DNA of 64,000 nt from Camelus dromedarius (lineage: Eukaryota). Both the position numbers and the translations under genes were made by a program. The DNA is taken from assembly GCF_036321535.1 (NCBI RefSeq), contig NC_087447.1, positions 45,632,001-45,696,000 of the forward strand, given 5' to 3'. Of the stretch, positions 23,981-38,360 are shown piece after piece (positions within the stretch are counted from its first letter, which is position 1; each line of letters starts with the position of its first letter). Below the pieces are notes generated by a model. The model saw nothing but the letters and a program-made list of their open reading frames with translations, was not told the origin of the DNA and ran no database searches.

Positions 23981-25399
23981 ATCTCTCAGTATATGAACAT
24001 ATTTTTTTCTCATGGCTCTATGGTTTTATAATATTTTTCTACAAATATATTTTCTACCCAAGCACTCAGTAGTCCTTTGGGAAATAATAATGTCCTTTTT
24101 CATTCTCTTAAGGGGTAGTTAATATTAATTACTCTACCCGAAAGTAATTTAGGTCTTCTAGTTTGGGAAAAGTCCCCATATCCTGGAGGACCACTGATTC
24201 CCCTGCCACCTACACCCTTTAATCCAGTGGGATTTGGCATTGGGTATAAAACCCAGCTCGTGTTCAATGAGCATACTTCTTAGCATCTGCCCTTTATATA
24301 AGCTGGCTCTTTGGATGACTCTCAGCTTTTAATTTGGGTGAGTTGACAGAGATACAGGACAGGAAGAGAGAGGAAAGGGCTACATTCAAACAGTTGCATT
24401 TAAAATTATGAGATCCTCAAAAATGTAATGTCCATCTCTTCAAATACCCTTGGTAAAGTTAAGAATAAATACTGTAGACATAATCCACTAAGAAGATGCA
24501 ATGGACCCTTTCTTCCATCACTGATGTAAATGTAGTCTGTTGATTAGCTAAAGTATAGGGAGCATATGGTCATAGGTACCCCAAGTGAGAATTAAAGTAG
24601 CATTAAACCTGATTAACCAGAACAAGCTTTAAGGTCAGAGACAGCTCTGAGTAAAGAACAGCCAGTTTCTTCCCACTGGACATTAGATATTGATCAATCA
24701 TGGCAAACAGTATTTTTGGGGGGAAGAATATTTAGGAGTAAGGTGAAAAAAAGGTGTCTGTTTATAGAGATGATCAATTGGGTAAGACTAGGCTATAGCC
24801 AACCTTTTCTATTTCCTTTGTTTTCAAAACACTCCAGACCACTACATTCTTTTAGTCACATTAGATATTGTTATTTTTGATGTGGTTAATCTTCAAACTA
24901 GTTATTCTATACAGACCATAGAGAGTAGAATATATAGGAAGACTTCCACACTGAAACTTTGTGGGGAGTAAAAATTTCACCTGAATAAATTTTCTAAAAG
25001 AAATCTGCTGACATCTCTCTGTCTATCATTCCTACACCCAGATGTTGATTCCTGGCCTGAAGTTTAGGAAGACTAATAATTCTGAGAGAAAATTCAGGGT
25101 GTGGTCTGATAGGTTTACTGGAGTATTTTGCTTGTGCTTTTAACTATAAGCTTATTTTAATATATCCATGCATATTTGAATGCACTCATTTGAGCATTGA
25201 CGTGGTATGCTTGTTGGGGCCTTTACATATATGGTATTCAGAAAATTAAAGAGCCCCTATGTGTTTGGATCTCTGGATATATTATACTGTAATTTATGAT
25301 AACATATGAGCAAACTTCAGATGTAAATAAATCTGATTGTTTGTCTCTTTAGACATATGTAAATACAGCTATCTAGATCTTCTCTGAATTAATATGTTA

Positions 25400-26047
25400 T
25401 TTTTTTAACATTTTTTATTGATTTATAATCATTTTACAATGTTGTGTCAAATTCCAGTGTTCAGCACAATTTTTCAGTCATTCATGGACATATACACACT
25501 CATTGGCACATTTTTTTCTCTGTGAGTTATCATAACATTTTGTGTATATTTCCCTGTGCTATACAGTGTAATCTTGTTTATCTATTCTACAATTTTGAAA
25601 TCCCAGTCTATCCCTTCCCACCCTCCACCCCCCTAGTAACCACAAGTCTGTATTCTCTGTCTGTGAGTCTATTTCTGTCCTGTATTTACACTTTGTTTTT
25701 GTTTGTTTGTTTGTTTTTGTTTTTGTTTTTTAGATTCCACATACGAGCGATCTCATATGGTATTTTTCTTTCTCTTTCTGGCTTACTTCACTTAGAATGA
25801 CATTCTCCAGGAGCATCCATGTTGCTGCAGATGGCATTATGTTGTCGGTTTTTATGGCTGAGTAGTATTCCATTGTATAAATATACCACATCTTCTTTAT
25901 CCTGTCACCTGTTGATGGACATTTAGGCTGTTTCCATGTTTTGGCTATTGTAAATAGTGCTGCTATGAACATTGGGGTGCAGGTGTCATCCTGAAGTAGA
26001 TTTCCTTCTGGATATAAGCCCAGGAGTGGGATTCCTGGGTCATACGG
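25400..26047 (-). mobile_element. Young 5'-truncated camelid-type L1
   Basis: T-tail followed by ttttttattgatttataatcattttacaatgttgtgtcaaattccagtg; TSD taatatgtta at 25390-25399 and 26048-26057; highly similar to 37846-38311. Confidence 0.9.
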
Positions 26048-29000
26048 TAATATGTTAATTTTTATAATTTGGGAGGCAACAGAGAAGTGTGAATAGTTTT
26101 ATGTTTCTCTCAAAGCGGAGATCTAAGTAATCAAGATCTTCTTGCCCTCAGATAAAGCAGTAATTGACCTGAAATCCTCTTTTGATTAATTGCTCTCTCT
26201 CCATGTACCTGTAGTCCTGTTTTCCAATCATGGCAGAACAAAGATGTAATAAAGATCTGCCAAAGAGGGGAAGCCCTTTTATTTCACTAGGCACAGAGGT
26301 GGCAGGGACAATTCTTTTGTCTTAACTCTGATACAAGACATCTTGTGGAAATCTCAGTTAATATAAGAAATAGTATCATATTAAGAAAATCTTAGGAAAC
26401 AGCAGAGAGCTGTAGCTAAGAATATGGCTTTGGAGTCTCACAGACTATGCAGCTACTATATTCTTTTAATCGTCATCATCCAGTGCCAGCCTTTGGGCTA
26501 GGTTATGGTAATACCTAGTTGTGACATAGTTTCTAGACTGAGAAGAATTTAATCTTATGACAGAGATAAGCATCGTAATAATAATATATTTATGGATCTA
26601 ATCCATGATGTGATAAGGTTTTTTTTCCTTTCAAAATATCCTTTAATATTTTATATTCTTTTTCTACAATAAATGGGGGGAAAAGATAACTGTTAGGAAG
26701 GCCAAGATCCTCATTCTCACTTTCAAGACTCTCACAGCCCTCTTTCTTCCCTGATTATCTTAGAGAGATCAACCCTCACAGTAAATAATCAGATCTTGAA
26801 ATTCTTGATGCAAAATTACAATCAGCAAACAGAGCTTAAAGTGTGACTGTTCACTAGAGAACAAAGTAGTATGGATGGGAAGGAGTTAGAGATCAAAAAT
26901 AAATGTTAAAAAAAACCCAAAAACTTGTAAAGATGCAATGAGAGCAAAGAAAAATATCCTGCAAATTTCTGTCTGAAGTGATCAAGCAAAGAGCCATAGA
27001 GGAGATTACTTTGACCTAGACATTACAAGAAGAACAGTGGTTTCCAAAGGGAAGTTAATAGAAGGGAGGGAGAGGAACACTGAAATTGAAGTATGTGAAA
27101 AAAAGCACAATTTCACAAAGAAACATGTTGTATTTGGGAAATAGAAGTTTAGTGTTACCCCATGGAGAATATAGAAAGAGTACCTGGTATAAAGTCTGAG
27201 GAAGATGGTTTATCTTGTTATCTAAAATGCAAGTCTTGTTATGCCATGCTTAGATGGCTTATTGAAGCCACCTTTCCCATGGAGTAATTACCAAACCACA
27301 ATGCTTACTTTCTTGAATTGCTCTGTGTGAAATAATGTGCTAATTTGCTAGCATGTATTAGTTAACTTCATCTTCCTATTAACTTTTCATTTTCTCCATT
27401 TTACATTTGAGAAAACTGGGAAACAATATATGGTCAGTATATATAACACAACTTAAGATTTATTATGGAGATAAATAATAGGGCATAGAAAGAGCCTGTG
27501 ATGGGTGAAAATAATCAGATAGAAGGAAAAAAAAAGAAAAAGAAAACAAGTTATATCATTACATATGATAGCTGATAAATTTCAAGATTTATTGTACTTT
27601 ATTTCTTCTGAGTCACATATAATAATCTGAAGTATTGTGTAAATGATCATTTATAGAGCTCAGGTCTAACTGGGAAATTTTTCAAATGGCCCTGGGAATA
27701 TTTCTACTCAAACGGTAGTCAGTTGAACATGCTCTCCATTACCCCCAAAATACTGGATAATGTAAGTCATATTCCAGTTTAATGAGATACTTGATCAGAC
27801 TTTGAAAATTACAGTGAAGGAAACAGATTTCACTATTTGTAATCTCATTATTATTAAGTTCAACAGATGCATTATACTAATTAATGAATAGTAAGTAGAG
27901 TACATTAAATGGATAAACATAATTTTTTAGGACAATGAAAAGAATTTTGTTATTGACCTACACTTATTTCAAAATTATATTTCAGTTGCTTCATTATAGA
28001 TGTTAAATACCTTTCAAATCAGCAGACAATACTCATTAAATTCAGGGTGTGAACATTGATAAATACATAATAATAAAAATATATGATAATGATTATTTTA
28101 GGGTAGTATGTAAAATAATACACTATAAATTATCAAGTTTAAATGAAAAGGCAAAATGTTTAAGCATTTGCCTAAAATTGCTTTAATAAATATGACTTTA
28201 AACATTATAAAAATATCTGTAGGTTACATTTAACTATGAATTTCACATCTGTGACAGGAAATACTGAATTTGGCATAATGAAAATAGTGTGAACTTTGCA
28301 GTCATGCAGAGTTGTGTTAGAATTCTGGTGTCTCAGCCATTCTTTCTGTGATGCCATTACATTGTCTGTGACACTTTGGGCTACTATTTTTTAATTGGTA
28401 AAATTGGAAAAGCAATATTTAGCTTGCATTGCTTTTCCAGCTACAAATTAACATATACAAAGGCTCCAGGACAATATATTTTTCATGTTAGGATCACTAA
28501 TATTACTTTTCTTCCTTACTTCATATAAAAAATGATATGAACTGAAATCACACTAATAATGTATAAATCAAAAGAGGTACCAAGTACGTGGATTGCTGTA
28601 GTGACTAATCTGTTCTGACACAACCAATAAAAGTTAACAGCAGAGCACTCTGGGGAATGTACAGAAGAGTTGAGATAGAAAATCAGAATTTTTGAAAATT
28701 AAGCTTAGTAGGTATGTAGGTATGTCAGTCAGGAATGTTTCACTGAAAAGGAGAGGAATTAATGGAAGAATGTCTGTTAAACCTCAAGTTTTGTGAGGAC
28801 TTCTATGCATAAGACAGATAAGTCCGTAGAGCTCTGTGGGAAAGGGCAGCACTGTCTCAGCTCCTCAGGGTAGGCACTGTGACAGTACTAGGAAGACGTG
28901 TAATGGATTGTCTAAGAAATGGGTAACCATACTTGAGAGTACTCAGACATTTGCTAGAAAGTTATATTTCGGAATGATGTTAAGAAGAAAGTTGAGCTAG

Positions 29001-29420
29001 ATCAATTCTGAGATCTTTTCCATTTATAATATCTGGTATTTCTATCAAAATAATTTGGTCTTAAGGTTAAAAAAATTGTGAATTTAAAAAGTGGAATTGA
29101 ATTTTATTGTGCATAGATGGTTAACAAATTTGGGGGGTTTTGTTTATTTTGTTTTTAACAAAAGTGTGAGATTCATGAGTTGATTCATAATTAGTATCTT
29201 GTGGCTTCTTGCAAAATATTTACTTTAGGAAAAGTGTAGCATTACCAAGTTTTTTTTCACTCTAAGTTATAACCTTGCATGCTTTCTAACGTGATGATGT
29301 TTTGGGGTCTTCCAGACTTGTTTTTCACTTGTTGCCAAATTTGGCTGTGATGATCTTGGCAGAAAACTTTTGCCATAAAAAGAAGGATTCCACCCACAAA
29401 ACAGAGATAGCAGCAGCACA

Positions 29421-30365
29421 ATGGGACCAGCCAATAAATCTCAGACATCTCCAAACACCTTCTTGCTGATGGGTATCCCCGGACTAGAGCACCTGCATGT
29501 CTGGATTGGGATTCCCTTCTGCTCCATGTACGTGGTGGCCCTGGTGGGGAACGTGACCATTCTGGCCGTGGTGAGGGCAGAGCGAAGCCTGCACGAGCCT
29601 ATGTTCCTCTTTCTGTGCATGCTCTCAGTCACCGACCTGGTCCTCTCCGCATCTACACTGCCCCGCATGCTCTGTCTCTTCTGGCTCGGAGCCCATGACA
29701 TTGCCTTTGATGCCTGCCTGACCCAAATGTTCTTCATCCATAGTTTTACTGCTATGGAATCAGGATTCTTTTTGGCCATGGCCATTGACCGTTTTGTGGC
29801 CATTTGTCATCCACTGCGCCATACTACCATTTTCACCCATGCTCGCATTGCAAAAATGGGAGCTTCCGTGATACTCCGAGGGGTGGCCTTCTTTTCTCCA
29901 CATCCCATCCTGCTCAAGCACCTGCCCTACTGCAGGAAACAGATCATTGCCCACACCTATTGTGAGTTAATGGCTGTGGTGAAGCTGGCATGTGTGGACA
30001 CGGGGTCCACCAAGCGTTACAGCCTCAGTGTGGCCTCTGTCATCGGTTCCTGTGATGGCTTTTTAATCACTGTCTCTTATGTCCTAATCCTCCGTGCAGT
30101 CTTTCGTCTTCCATCACGGGAAGCAAGTCTTAAAGCTCTAGGCACATGTGGCTCCCATGTCTGTGTCATCCTCGTTTTCTACACCACAGCTGTCTTTACC
30201 TTTCTCACTCACTGCTTTGGCCACAGTGTGGTCCCCCAAATTCATATCTTCATTGCCAATATGTACCTTCTGGTACCACTTTTTCTTAACCCCATTGTTT
30301 ATGGTATAAGGACCAAGAAAATTCGAGACCATGTCCTTAGTTCTCTAAGGGTAAGGATTGCTTGA
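29421..30365 (+). CDS. OR52Z-like class I olfactory receptor, intact ORF, 314 aa
   Basis: Full seven-TM ORF (MGPANKSQ...MAIDRFVAICHPLRH...KALGTCGSH...LNPIVYG); close paralogue of 19997..20941. Confidence 0.95.
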   Translation: MGPANKSQTSPNTFLLMGIPGLEHLHVWIGIPFCSMYVVALVGNVTILAVVRAERSLHEPMFLFLCMLSVTDLVLSASTLPRMLCLFWLGAHDIAFDACLTQMFFIHSFTAMESGFFLAMAIDRFVAICHPLRHTTIFTHARIAKMGASVILRGVAFFSPHPILLKHLPYCRKQIIAHTYCELMAVVKLACVDTGSTKRYSLSVASVIGSCDGFLITVSYVLILRAVFRLPSREASLKALGTCGSHVCVILVFYTTAVFTFLTHCFGHSVVPQIHIFIANMYLLVPLFLNPIVYGIRTKKIRDHVLSSLRVRIA

Positions 30366-31346
30366 TGATGCTGAAATTGTCCGCACATATGGTATCAGAA
30401 TAAGAAGAGAAGTATACAATTAATTGGTCCATTTGTCATAACTGACATGAAATTTTCTCCCACTGAAATCAGACATTTTGTCAGATTTTAATGGGGAAGA
30501 GTGACCACACATAATAGAATTTCCATTAGAATAGAATTCTAATGAAACTAGTAAGCTTAATATATTTTGTGTGCCTCTCGGTTTTAGGGAACTTACTTAG
30601 AATTTGATGAATTGAAAATGAATTCCTTTCTGCTCCCTGCTGCTACTGATCTGTGGTGTTCCTGGGGTAGTAATTTATTTTCAAATAGAGAGCAACTAAA
30701 AAAAGGAAGGGACCCGTGAGAACCTCAAAGAATTCCACATGAAGTATCTGCAATTGAAAATTAATGATCCTTGTAAATATTCTATAGAAGAGGCAACATA
30801 TCAGGATTGATATCCTCTGAATACAACAAATAATTGTGTATTTTATTCATAAGAATTGACACATTGGACAAGGTGTCAAATAGAAAAGTGGAAAAGTTCA
30901 ACATGGCAAAAATCAAATCCACAGACTGCTAAATATTGTATTGCTTATAGAGTGTTCTCTCTCCACCAAGAATAACGTCTGCTATTGTTTTGTTACCTGA
31001 ACTAACATAGGGATCTCTTTAAACCTTCATCACAGAGTATCTTGAAAATAATCACTTTATGATTGATGTTATATACTTTGGAGTTTGCCCAGTGCATAGG
31101 CAGGCCCACTGGGCTAGATTCACGTATGCTGGTTTTTAGATGTCACATGTCCTTATTTAAGGAGGGAGTCTATTATTAAAAATAACTCAATTTAAATTTT
31201 TAGTGATTGTGCTACTGGTGACATTGAAAATGAAATCATTAAAAAGAATATAAATATTTTACTGGAAAAAAATGAATATTTCCTCCTTAAAAACCATGAC
31301 TGATTCCTTTACTTCTTGGCTTAAATAAAATGGAAATTACTCTGGG

Positions 31347-31827
31347 TGTAACTGAGCAAGCCTTCCCAGGACAGACCCCTCCCCCACCCTCTACTTTAGC
31401 TCCTCTCTGAAGTACCTAGATAATAGTATCTGATGCACATTTCCTGAGTTGTTTTTCGGATGCTAAAGCCTTCATCAAATGAAAGATGTTAACTACTTGC
31501 TGGCCCTGAGTACACAGCCCTTAAGCTTGCTAGTGCCTAAGGATTAATAATGTTAACCCCTTACACTGCCTTGTTACCTCACCACCAACCACTCAGAGGA
31601 TTGTGCATGAGCTGATCACATATCCTGGGGCTCCCCTTCTTCACCTTCCCTTTTAAAATGTTTTGCTGAAAGTCACCAGGGAGTTTGGGCTTTTCAAGAA
31701 TTAGCTGTCCCAGACTTCTTGTATGGTGACTTACAATAAATGATGCATTTTCCTTTACCACAACCCAGTGTCAGTAGACTGGCTTTACTGCATATAGGTG
31801 AGTGGACCCAAGTTTAGTTCTGTAACA
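31347..31827 (+). mobile_element. ERV1-class solo LTR
   Basis: TGTAAC...GTAACA termini, internal AATAAA at about 31735, and ERV1 LTR-like text. No clean TSD. Confidence 0.8.
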
Positions 31828-32569
31828 GAGATACTCAATAATACATGCTGAACTTTATTGGGTTGATCTCTTTTTATGATTTATTATTTGTAAAGTATTA
31901 CTTAATCTTTTTTCCTTTCTCACTATTTTCCTTCTTTTTAGTGTAGGAGCTTCTTAGACATTAATATCTGGGCTGCTTCTCTTTGTTCTTCTTTTAATTG
32001 TATTAAATACCATTGTTCAAGTTTTTATCATTTCCCAGTAGGGGTGTATCAACAGTTTCCACTGATATGGTCAAGGCACCTTAGCTTTTCATTACTATGT
32101 GCAGTGCATTCTCTTTCTTGAGACCATAGTTATCCTCCTAAAAATTAAAACAAACAAACAGAACTTTATTTTGTCAGAACTATGGAACCTCCAGGATGGC
32201 AAAGCAGAACTTTCTGAATTACCCTTTCTGCTGTCTCTCTCGTTGTTTTTATACATCCCTTGCATTCTTTGTTCAATTCATTAAGATTTTTATCCTAATT
32301 CAACAATAATTCTCTTCATATTTTCATGTTTTTGCTTAGAATGTTTCTCTCTGACTTATCCTCTTTCTTACCTGGAAATAACTTAGTTATCCTTCAAGAT
32401 ATAGATCCTATTTAAACTCCTTGCCCTTTTCAGAAAGATTAAGTTTATTTCCTTGAGTCAAACTAAACAAAAATTCTCTCTACCACTATTATAAAAAAAT
32501 GAAATGATATATTGTAGTTAGCTTTTAATATGCCTTTGGTCAATTAAACTCTTGATATAGTTAGAGGTT

Positions 32570-32830
32570 AAATGCATTGAGTCTAGAGTGAGTGCCTGAG
32601 TTCATTATTCATCTCTGCCACTTGCTGTCTGGGTACTCAGGTACTTTGCTGAAGTTTTCTAGGTCTTGTTATCATAATAAAATGGGGGTCATAAGATTTC
32701 CTTCCTCATAGAGTTTGTTTTTTAAATTTTTTAAATTGAAGTACTCCATAGAGTTTTAAGGATTAAATGAGTGAAAGCATATAAGGCACTGATAATAGTA
32801 TCTCACAGTAAGCTTTTAATAAATAAACAT
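32570..32830. mobile_element. MIR SINE
   Basis: gcctgagttcattattcatctctgccacttgctgtctggg...aaggattaaatgagtgaaagcatataaggcact. Confidence 0.75.
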
Positions 32831-33689
32831 TAGTTAACATTTAATGAATAAACATTATTGTAACAAGTATAATTTTTTATATTGTGTGCCAGACTTTGTG
32901 AGACATATATATGTTGCATATATAGGTATGTAAGTGTTTTCACACACACATACATAATTTAAATTATTTAATTATCACCGTAATCACCAGATTGTTAGTC
33001 TGATTGCACAAATGAGGAATTTAGACTTTGATTAAATAATTTTTTAACATCACATGTTGATAAAGTAGTGCAGTCAAGATTTAAAAGGACATGAAATTAG
33101 TTAATTCCATAGTTAAATACCATCCTTTATTTACTTTTTATGCCTAACACCTCTCAGTGTCCTATAAACATAAATGTTCAATGAATGATTCTGAAGGAAT
33201 GAATGAAGCTAATAAGGTGTTGAATTCACTTGTCATATATTTCAGAACTCCTGGTCATGTGATAATTATATTTAAGGAACCTGGATTAAAAACATAAGGA
33301 TAGGTTTTAATGATCTTTTTTGTAAGGTAGTAGAGAGACATGACAATGACAAAGGAATAGATCTCTCCCAGGCTTAAGAGAAGAGAATTTCTAGAAAAAT
33401 TTAATCTTTGAAACTATTTGCCATTATGTTGTGTGTTTCTTGAAGGTAAGTTGCCAAGTCTGTACCTTCAAGCTGTATTTTTTTTCACTTTGGAGTATGA
33501 TGAGTCATGAGATCTAATTAATATATATTTTTCTGACATGGATCATGCTTGTTTATATGCTAGGTTTGGAAATACAAACTAAGGAATTAGCTTTTACAGG
33601 TTATTTACCAACAGATCTCAAATTGGAAATGTTCAACAATAATAATGATCATGCAACTAAATATTCAAAATCTCTGCATTAAATTCTAG

Positions 33690-34500
33690 TCAATAGAGGG
33701 AAGATGTATAGTTTATTCATATATTCACATATTCAACAGAAATAAATTTATGGAGTAGCTAAAATGTGCTAGGTTGTGCTAGATTCTGAGAAGAGGTTAG
33801 TGAAAGATAAGTCCATGTGTCAGAGAGTTTACATTCTGGTTGAAGTGACATGACTTCAACTGATGTTCAGCGCATAACTACATTGTTAAGCATTGTTAAG
33901 CAACTGATGTTCAAATGCATAACTACATCGGTTATTAAGCACTGCCAAGTAGAAACACAGATTTCTATAAGGGCATGTAACATGGGGTTTTGATCTAGTC
34001 TAGGGGAACCAAGGAAAACTTCCTTTAAAATAGCATTTATTTGAGTGCTGAATGGGAGTTAACCAGCTGAGGAAAGAGGGAGGAGTCATGAAATGGGGGT
34101 AGTAGTATTACAGGAAGAGAAAACAGAATATGTGAACATGTATGGATCTTAAGATAGATCTTAAGATAGGCAGGCACATCATACGTTTGAAGAGCTAAAG
34201 GAAGTCCATTTGTGGGCTGGCATACAGAGCATTGAATGAAGAGCCTGAGTAAGGCTAGGGTAGTAGGATACAAGGATGGGTTAGGAGGCATGCTAAGGAT
34301 TCACAATTTTATCCTAAAAAGAAGAGAAAGACAATGAAAGTTTTATGCACAGGAATGACATAATCAGGTTTGTGTTTTAAAAACACCATTGTGGCTGCAG
34401 TGAAGAAAATGAGTTGAGACAAAGAATGGATGGAAGGAATGGAGAAGACCTTTTAGGAGGTTATAAGTTTTCTAAGACAATATGATGATAACTTGATCCA
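33690..34500. mobile_element. L2 fragment
   Basis: ttcatatattcacatattcaacagaaataaatttatgg...tgctaggttgtgctagattctg...aaaaacaccattgtggctgcagtg. Confidence 0.7.
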
Positions 34501-37500
34501 GGTTGGTAGTAATTATGATGGAAAGAATTAAGTCAATTTGAGTACCCTGAATATACTTCAGGATTTGGGACATGGCTTAATGAAAAGTTTGACAAGCTCA
34601 CAGGTTTTATGTCTGTTGCTTACCCCTGCAATATGATTCTAAGCCTAGAGTCTAGAGTGGATGATTGATGAAGAGCCTTTGTGTGTGTGTGTGTCTGTGT
34701 GTGTGTATGTATGTGTGGTGTGTACCTATTCATATAAAAATATTTGAAGACCTGTGGTTTGCCAGGCACTGGGGAAATAGTGAACAGAGCCCCAATCACA
34801 GTCTTCAGGATGTTTACGTTTGACTACTTACTACAAAAAAATTCTTGCAATTTCTCCTTTTATATTTATACTCAAGTTGAGCTTCTGACTTCTGCCAAGT
34901 CTTTCTGAAGCTTAGTCTATCCTAAAACTAGTATTGTGCAGTTTTTCTAGAGCTCATCTCTTGCTTTGACTTAAATGTCATTCTCTGTTTTTCTTTTTAC
35001 ATATCTCGTTTACCAAGCAGTAGTCTTAATTTAGTCAATTAATATTTTATTTACAGCATAGATTTTTTGCCACCTTTTTGTGTATCCTTGTTGCATCTAG
35101 GAAATCAAAACTCATAATATCAGTTTTAAGTTTTGTTTATGGAGGCCCCAAGGTCACTGGAAATTGAAATGATTTAAACTGTTGATTTTGAAGCAAACCA
35201 TAGCAATTAGTATATAATTATGGCTGCAGTCAGCTCTGCCTTCTGTTGCTCCAGGTATTCTTTAATTTTTCTTCTAAATGACTCTCCAGTCTTCCTCCAC
35301 TTCCTAGAGTTCCTAAACCATAACATACCACACCATATCCCACAACACACCAGCAGTTAGTTTAGCAGTGTGCCTGAACAACTGTTCTTTTCCATCTGTG
35401 CTCTCCTCAGTCATTGGCTCTAGGATTTATTCCCCAGAATATCAAAGCTAAGTAATGGCCCTCTGTTAAGAGAGGCCACTAGGGACCCAGGAGGGCCAAA
35501 ACAAACCAGCATAAATCTGCCTCCAGCTCAGACACTCCATCTTATTCTGAACATCCGCAGATCTTCACCATATCTCAAGTAGACAGTTGCTTTGCTGGTC
35601 CTAGCATCGCTATCACTGGACTCACAACCATCTACAGGTACTATACTAGGAAAAGGGAGAAAAAGAGGGAGGGAAAAGAGTACAAAATCCTGAGACACAG
35701 AGTCATGTATCTCAAATCTTTTCATCAGTATGTCACAGTCACCAACCCTTGTAAGATAATGGTTGGGGTCTGTAATCTTTAGAATGCTCTATGACATTCT
35801 TTAGCAAATAGTAAGTAATATCTTTCTCATTTTTATACCTTAGCAGATACTGTCTTTACTCATAATTAATATTGATATAGTTGTTGCTGACAACTGTTCC
35901 TAATAGCTCAGACAAAACTTTACCATGTTGCTTAATGCTCTAATAAAATCCTAAGGCTGCCACCACATGGAGAATTTTTTTTTTAATTTACAGTATTCGT
36001 GATAGATTCATTCAGATTCTACCAGAAAACTCCCACTAATAGTGAGCTTCTGGTTTCCCAGAGCTGTCTTTTCTGTTTGAGTTTGTGGTAGGATTCTTTC
36101 CCCTATTGAACTAAAATGCACCTTTAAAATTTTTTTAACATTCTTTTTATTTTGATCAGGTATCTATCTCTGGTAACACTAAATATTTTTTTACTTATAG
36201 CATGTAATGAATCAAAAAAAAAAGTCATGATAAAATTACCAAGATCATCAAATATTTCTTCTTATGGTATCAACTCAAGACTAGCTTGTATCCTTGTTAT
36301 TATTTTTTCCAAGAAAAACACAAAACAAAAAGAACATTATTTTTTGCCTATCTCACTTAAACTTTGTACTTGATTGAAAAAGAAGAAAATTTGCATTTCT
36401 AGAGCACCAAAACATTCAAAGAATTATGCCAGGAAAATTGCACGTTTTATAGTGTGTTGGAATTTAATGATGGATTTAATCCTTACTGTAAGTTTTGCAA
36501 GGTAAACCTCATCCCAATTTTGAAGTGAAAAAATGAGCTCAGTGCCTTAAAGAACTCGGTTAAGTCACATAAAATAAGAAACAGGACTGAGATTATAACC
36601 CAGCCATGTAATTATCTAAAAGATCTTGTTATTTTTACTATACCAAGTTGCCTTCTAGGAGACCTGCCTGTCATTCAGCTCTGGTGTGCCTTTTACCAAA
36701 AGTGGTTGATATATGAAATACTTAGATCTGTAAAACTCAACTTATAATGTATAAATGCTACAATGTATTTTGGCAAATATACAACTCTATTCTGTTATCT
36801 TAAGTATTCAGAGTAAATCTACAAAAAGACAAATAATCCAACTTCATCAACTGAAACAAAAAAGGACACGCTATTAATATTACTGTACTTTTATTTTTAA
36901 AGCAACTTTGTGTTTATGGTTTTTATCCCTTTATTTTAAGCTTTCATTGAAACTCCTGCTTTTCTGTGATTCTATTTTATAAATATTATATAATTGGAAT
37001 ATTTCTAATAAAATGTGAAGTCTAACCTGAATAGTAAATTTTAGTATTGTATGCTCTTTAACCTATAGCTGTCATCAAATAATTTGTAAATTTGTATTTC
37101 TATTCAGAATAGTTCTGTAAGTTAAAATATTTAACAAATACAATAGTCTTATTTATATAGGAATATATTTTATCATTAACCTCTAAATTATGTTCCCCAT
37201 ACAAAAACACATAAATACACATATATGCAGAAGACTATTACTTTACTTTTATCCATTCCCCAACCACACTTTATTGAATAATCTGGAACTTTAATACTAA
37301 ATTATTATCTGTTGAGGCATTTTTGGATTCTACCTTTGTTATCCAAAATATCAGTTATTTCTCCAGAATACCATCATACTTTTCATATATGATTAACAGA
37401 TTTCCTAGGTTATTTGTCAAAATCAACATTCCAGAGAAAAATCCCAAAGCACCAAGGCCAATCTCAAGAACTGAGGACCCTGGGATGATGAAATTCAGCT

Positions 37501-37845
37501 TCCTCATCTTGAGTGAAAACCATGCTTTCTATTTGTCCCCCACCTCAATCCTGTAATGTTAAAAATTTTGGGTTTCCTGCCAGGTCCTGCCTTCTGGGAA
37601 AAAAATCAACAGCATTGTATACTTTGAAAATTAAACAGGCTCAGGGCCACAGGAGAATCTAAACAATGGAGATGATATGTCTTTTTTGAGAATTTACCCC
37701 TGAGACTGCTTCTCTTTCCTGAAGCGAGAATAACCCTACGGTTATCTACCTTCTTATCCCCATTAGCTGCAGCATTTATCTGATCACTAGTTGATAAAGT
37801 GTAATTGTAATTATCACCATAAACTACTATAATACCCAGCATTTT

Positions 37846-38311
37846 TTAAAATTATAATCATTTTATTTTTTTAAATTTTTTAACATTTTTTATTGATTTA
37901 TAATCATTTTACAATGTTGTGTCAAATTCCAGTGTAGAGCACAATTTTTCAATTATACATGAACATATATATATATTCATTGTCACGTTTTTTTCTCTGT
38001 GAGCTACCATAAGATCTTGTATATATTTCCCTGTGCTATACAGTATAATCTTGTTTATCTATTCTACAATTTTGAAATCCCCAGTCTATCTCTTCCCACC
38101 CCCCCAACCCCTTGGCAACCACAAGTCTGTATTCTATGCCTATGAGTCTATTTCTGTTCTGTATTTATGCTTTTTTTTTTTTTTTTTTTTTTTAGATTCC
38201 ACATATAAGTGATCTCATCTGGTATTTTTCTTTCTCCTTCTGGCTTACTTCACTTAGAATGACATTCTCCAGGAGCATCCATGTTGCTGCAAATGGCATT
38301 ATGTTGTCGAT
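37846..38311 (-). mobile_element. Young 5'-truncated camelid-type L1 in the OR 5' intron
   Basis: Perfect 14-bp TSD ATACCCAGCATTTT at 37832-37845 and 38312-38325; same 3' UTR family as 25400-26047. Confidence 0.95.
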
Positions 38312-38360
38312 ATACCCAGCATTTTAGATTCAAATGATGCAGTAATTTCAAAATGTCACT

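Noticed and set aside
35520-35690. Minus-strand pyrimidine tract with AG, followed by short words resembling the 3' end of the 38 kb OR (ggaccagcaaa, tctgcggat, atggag..tgagc)
   Set aside because: The matches are short, need inconsistent gaps and give no OR-like translation; they cannot be distinguished from chance without an alignment score.
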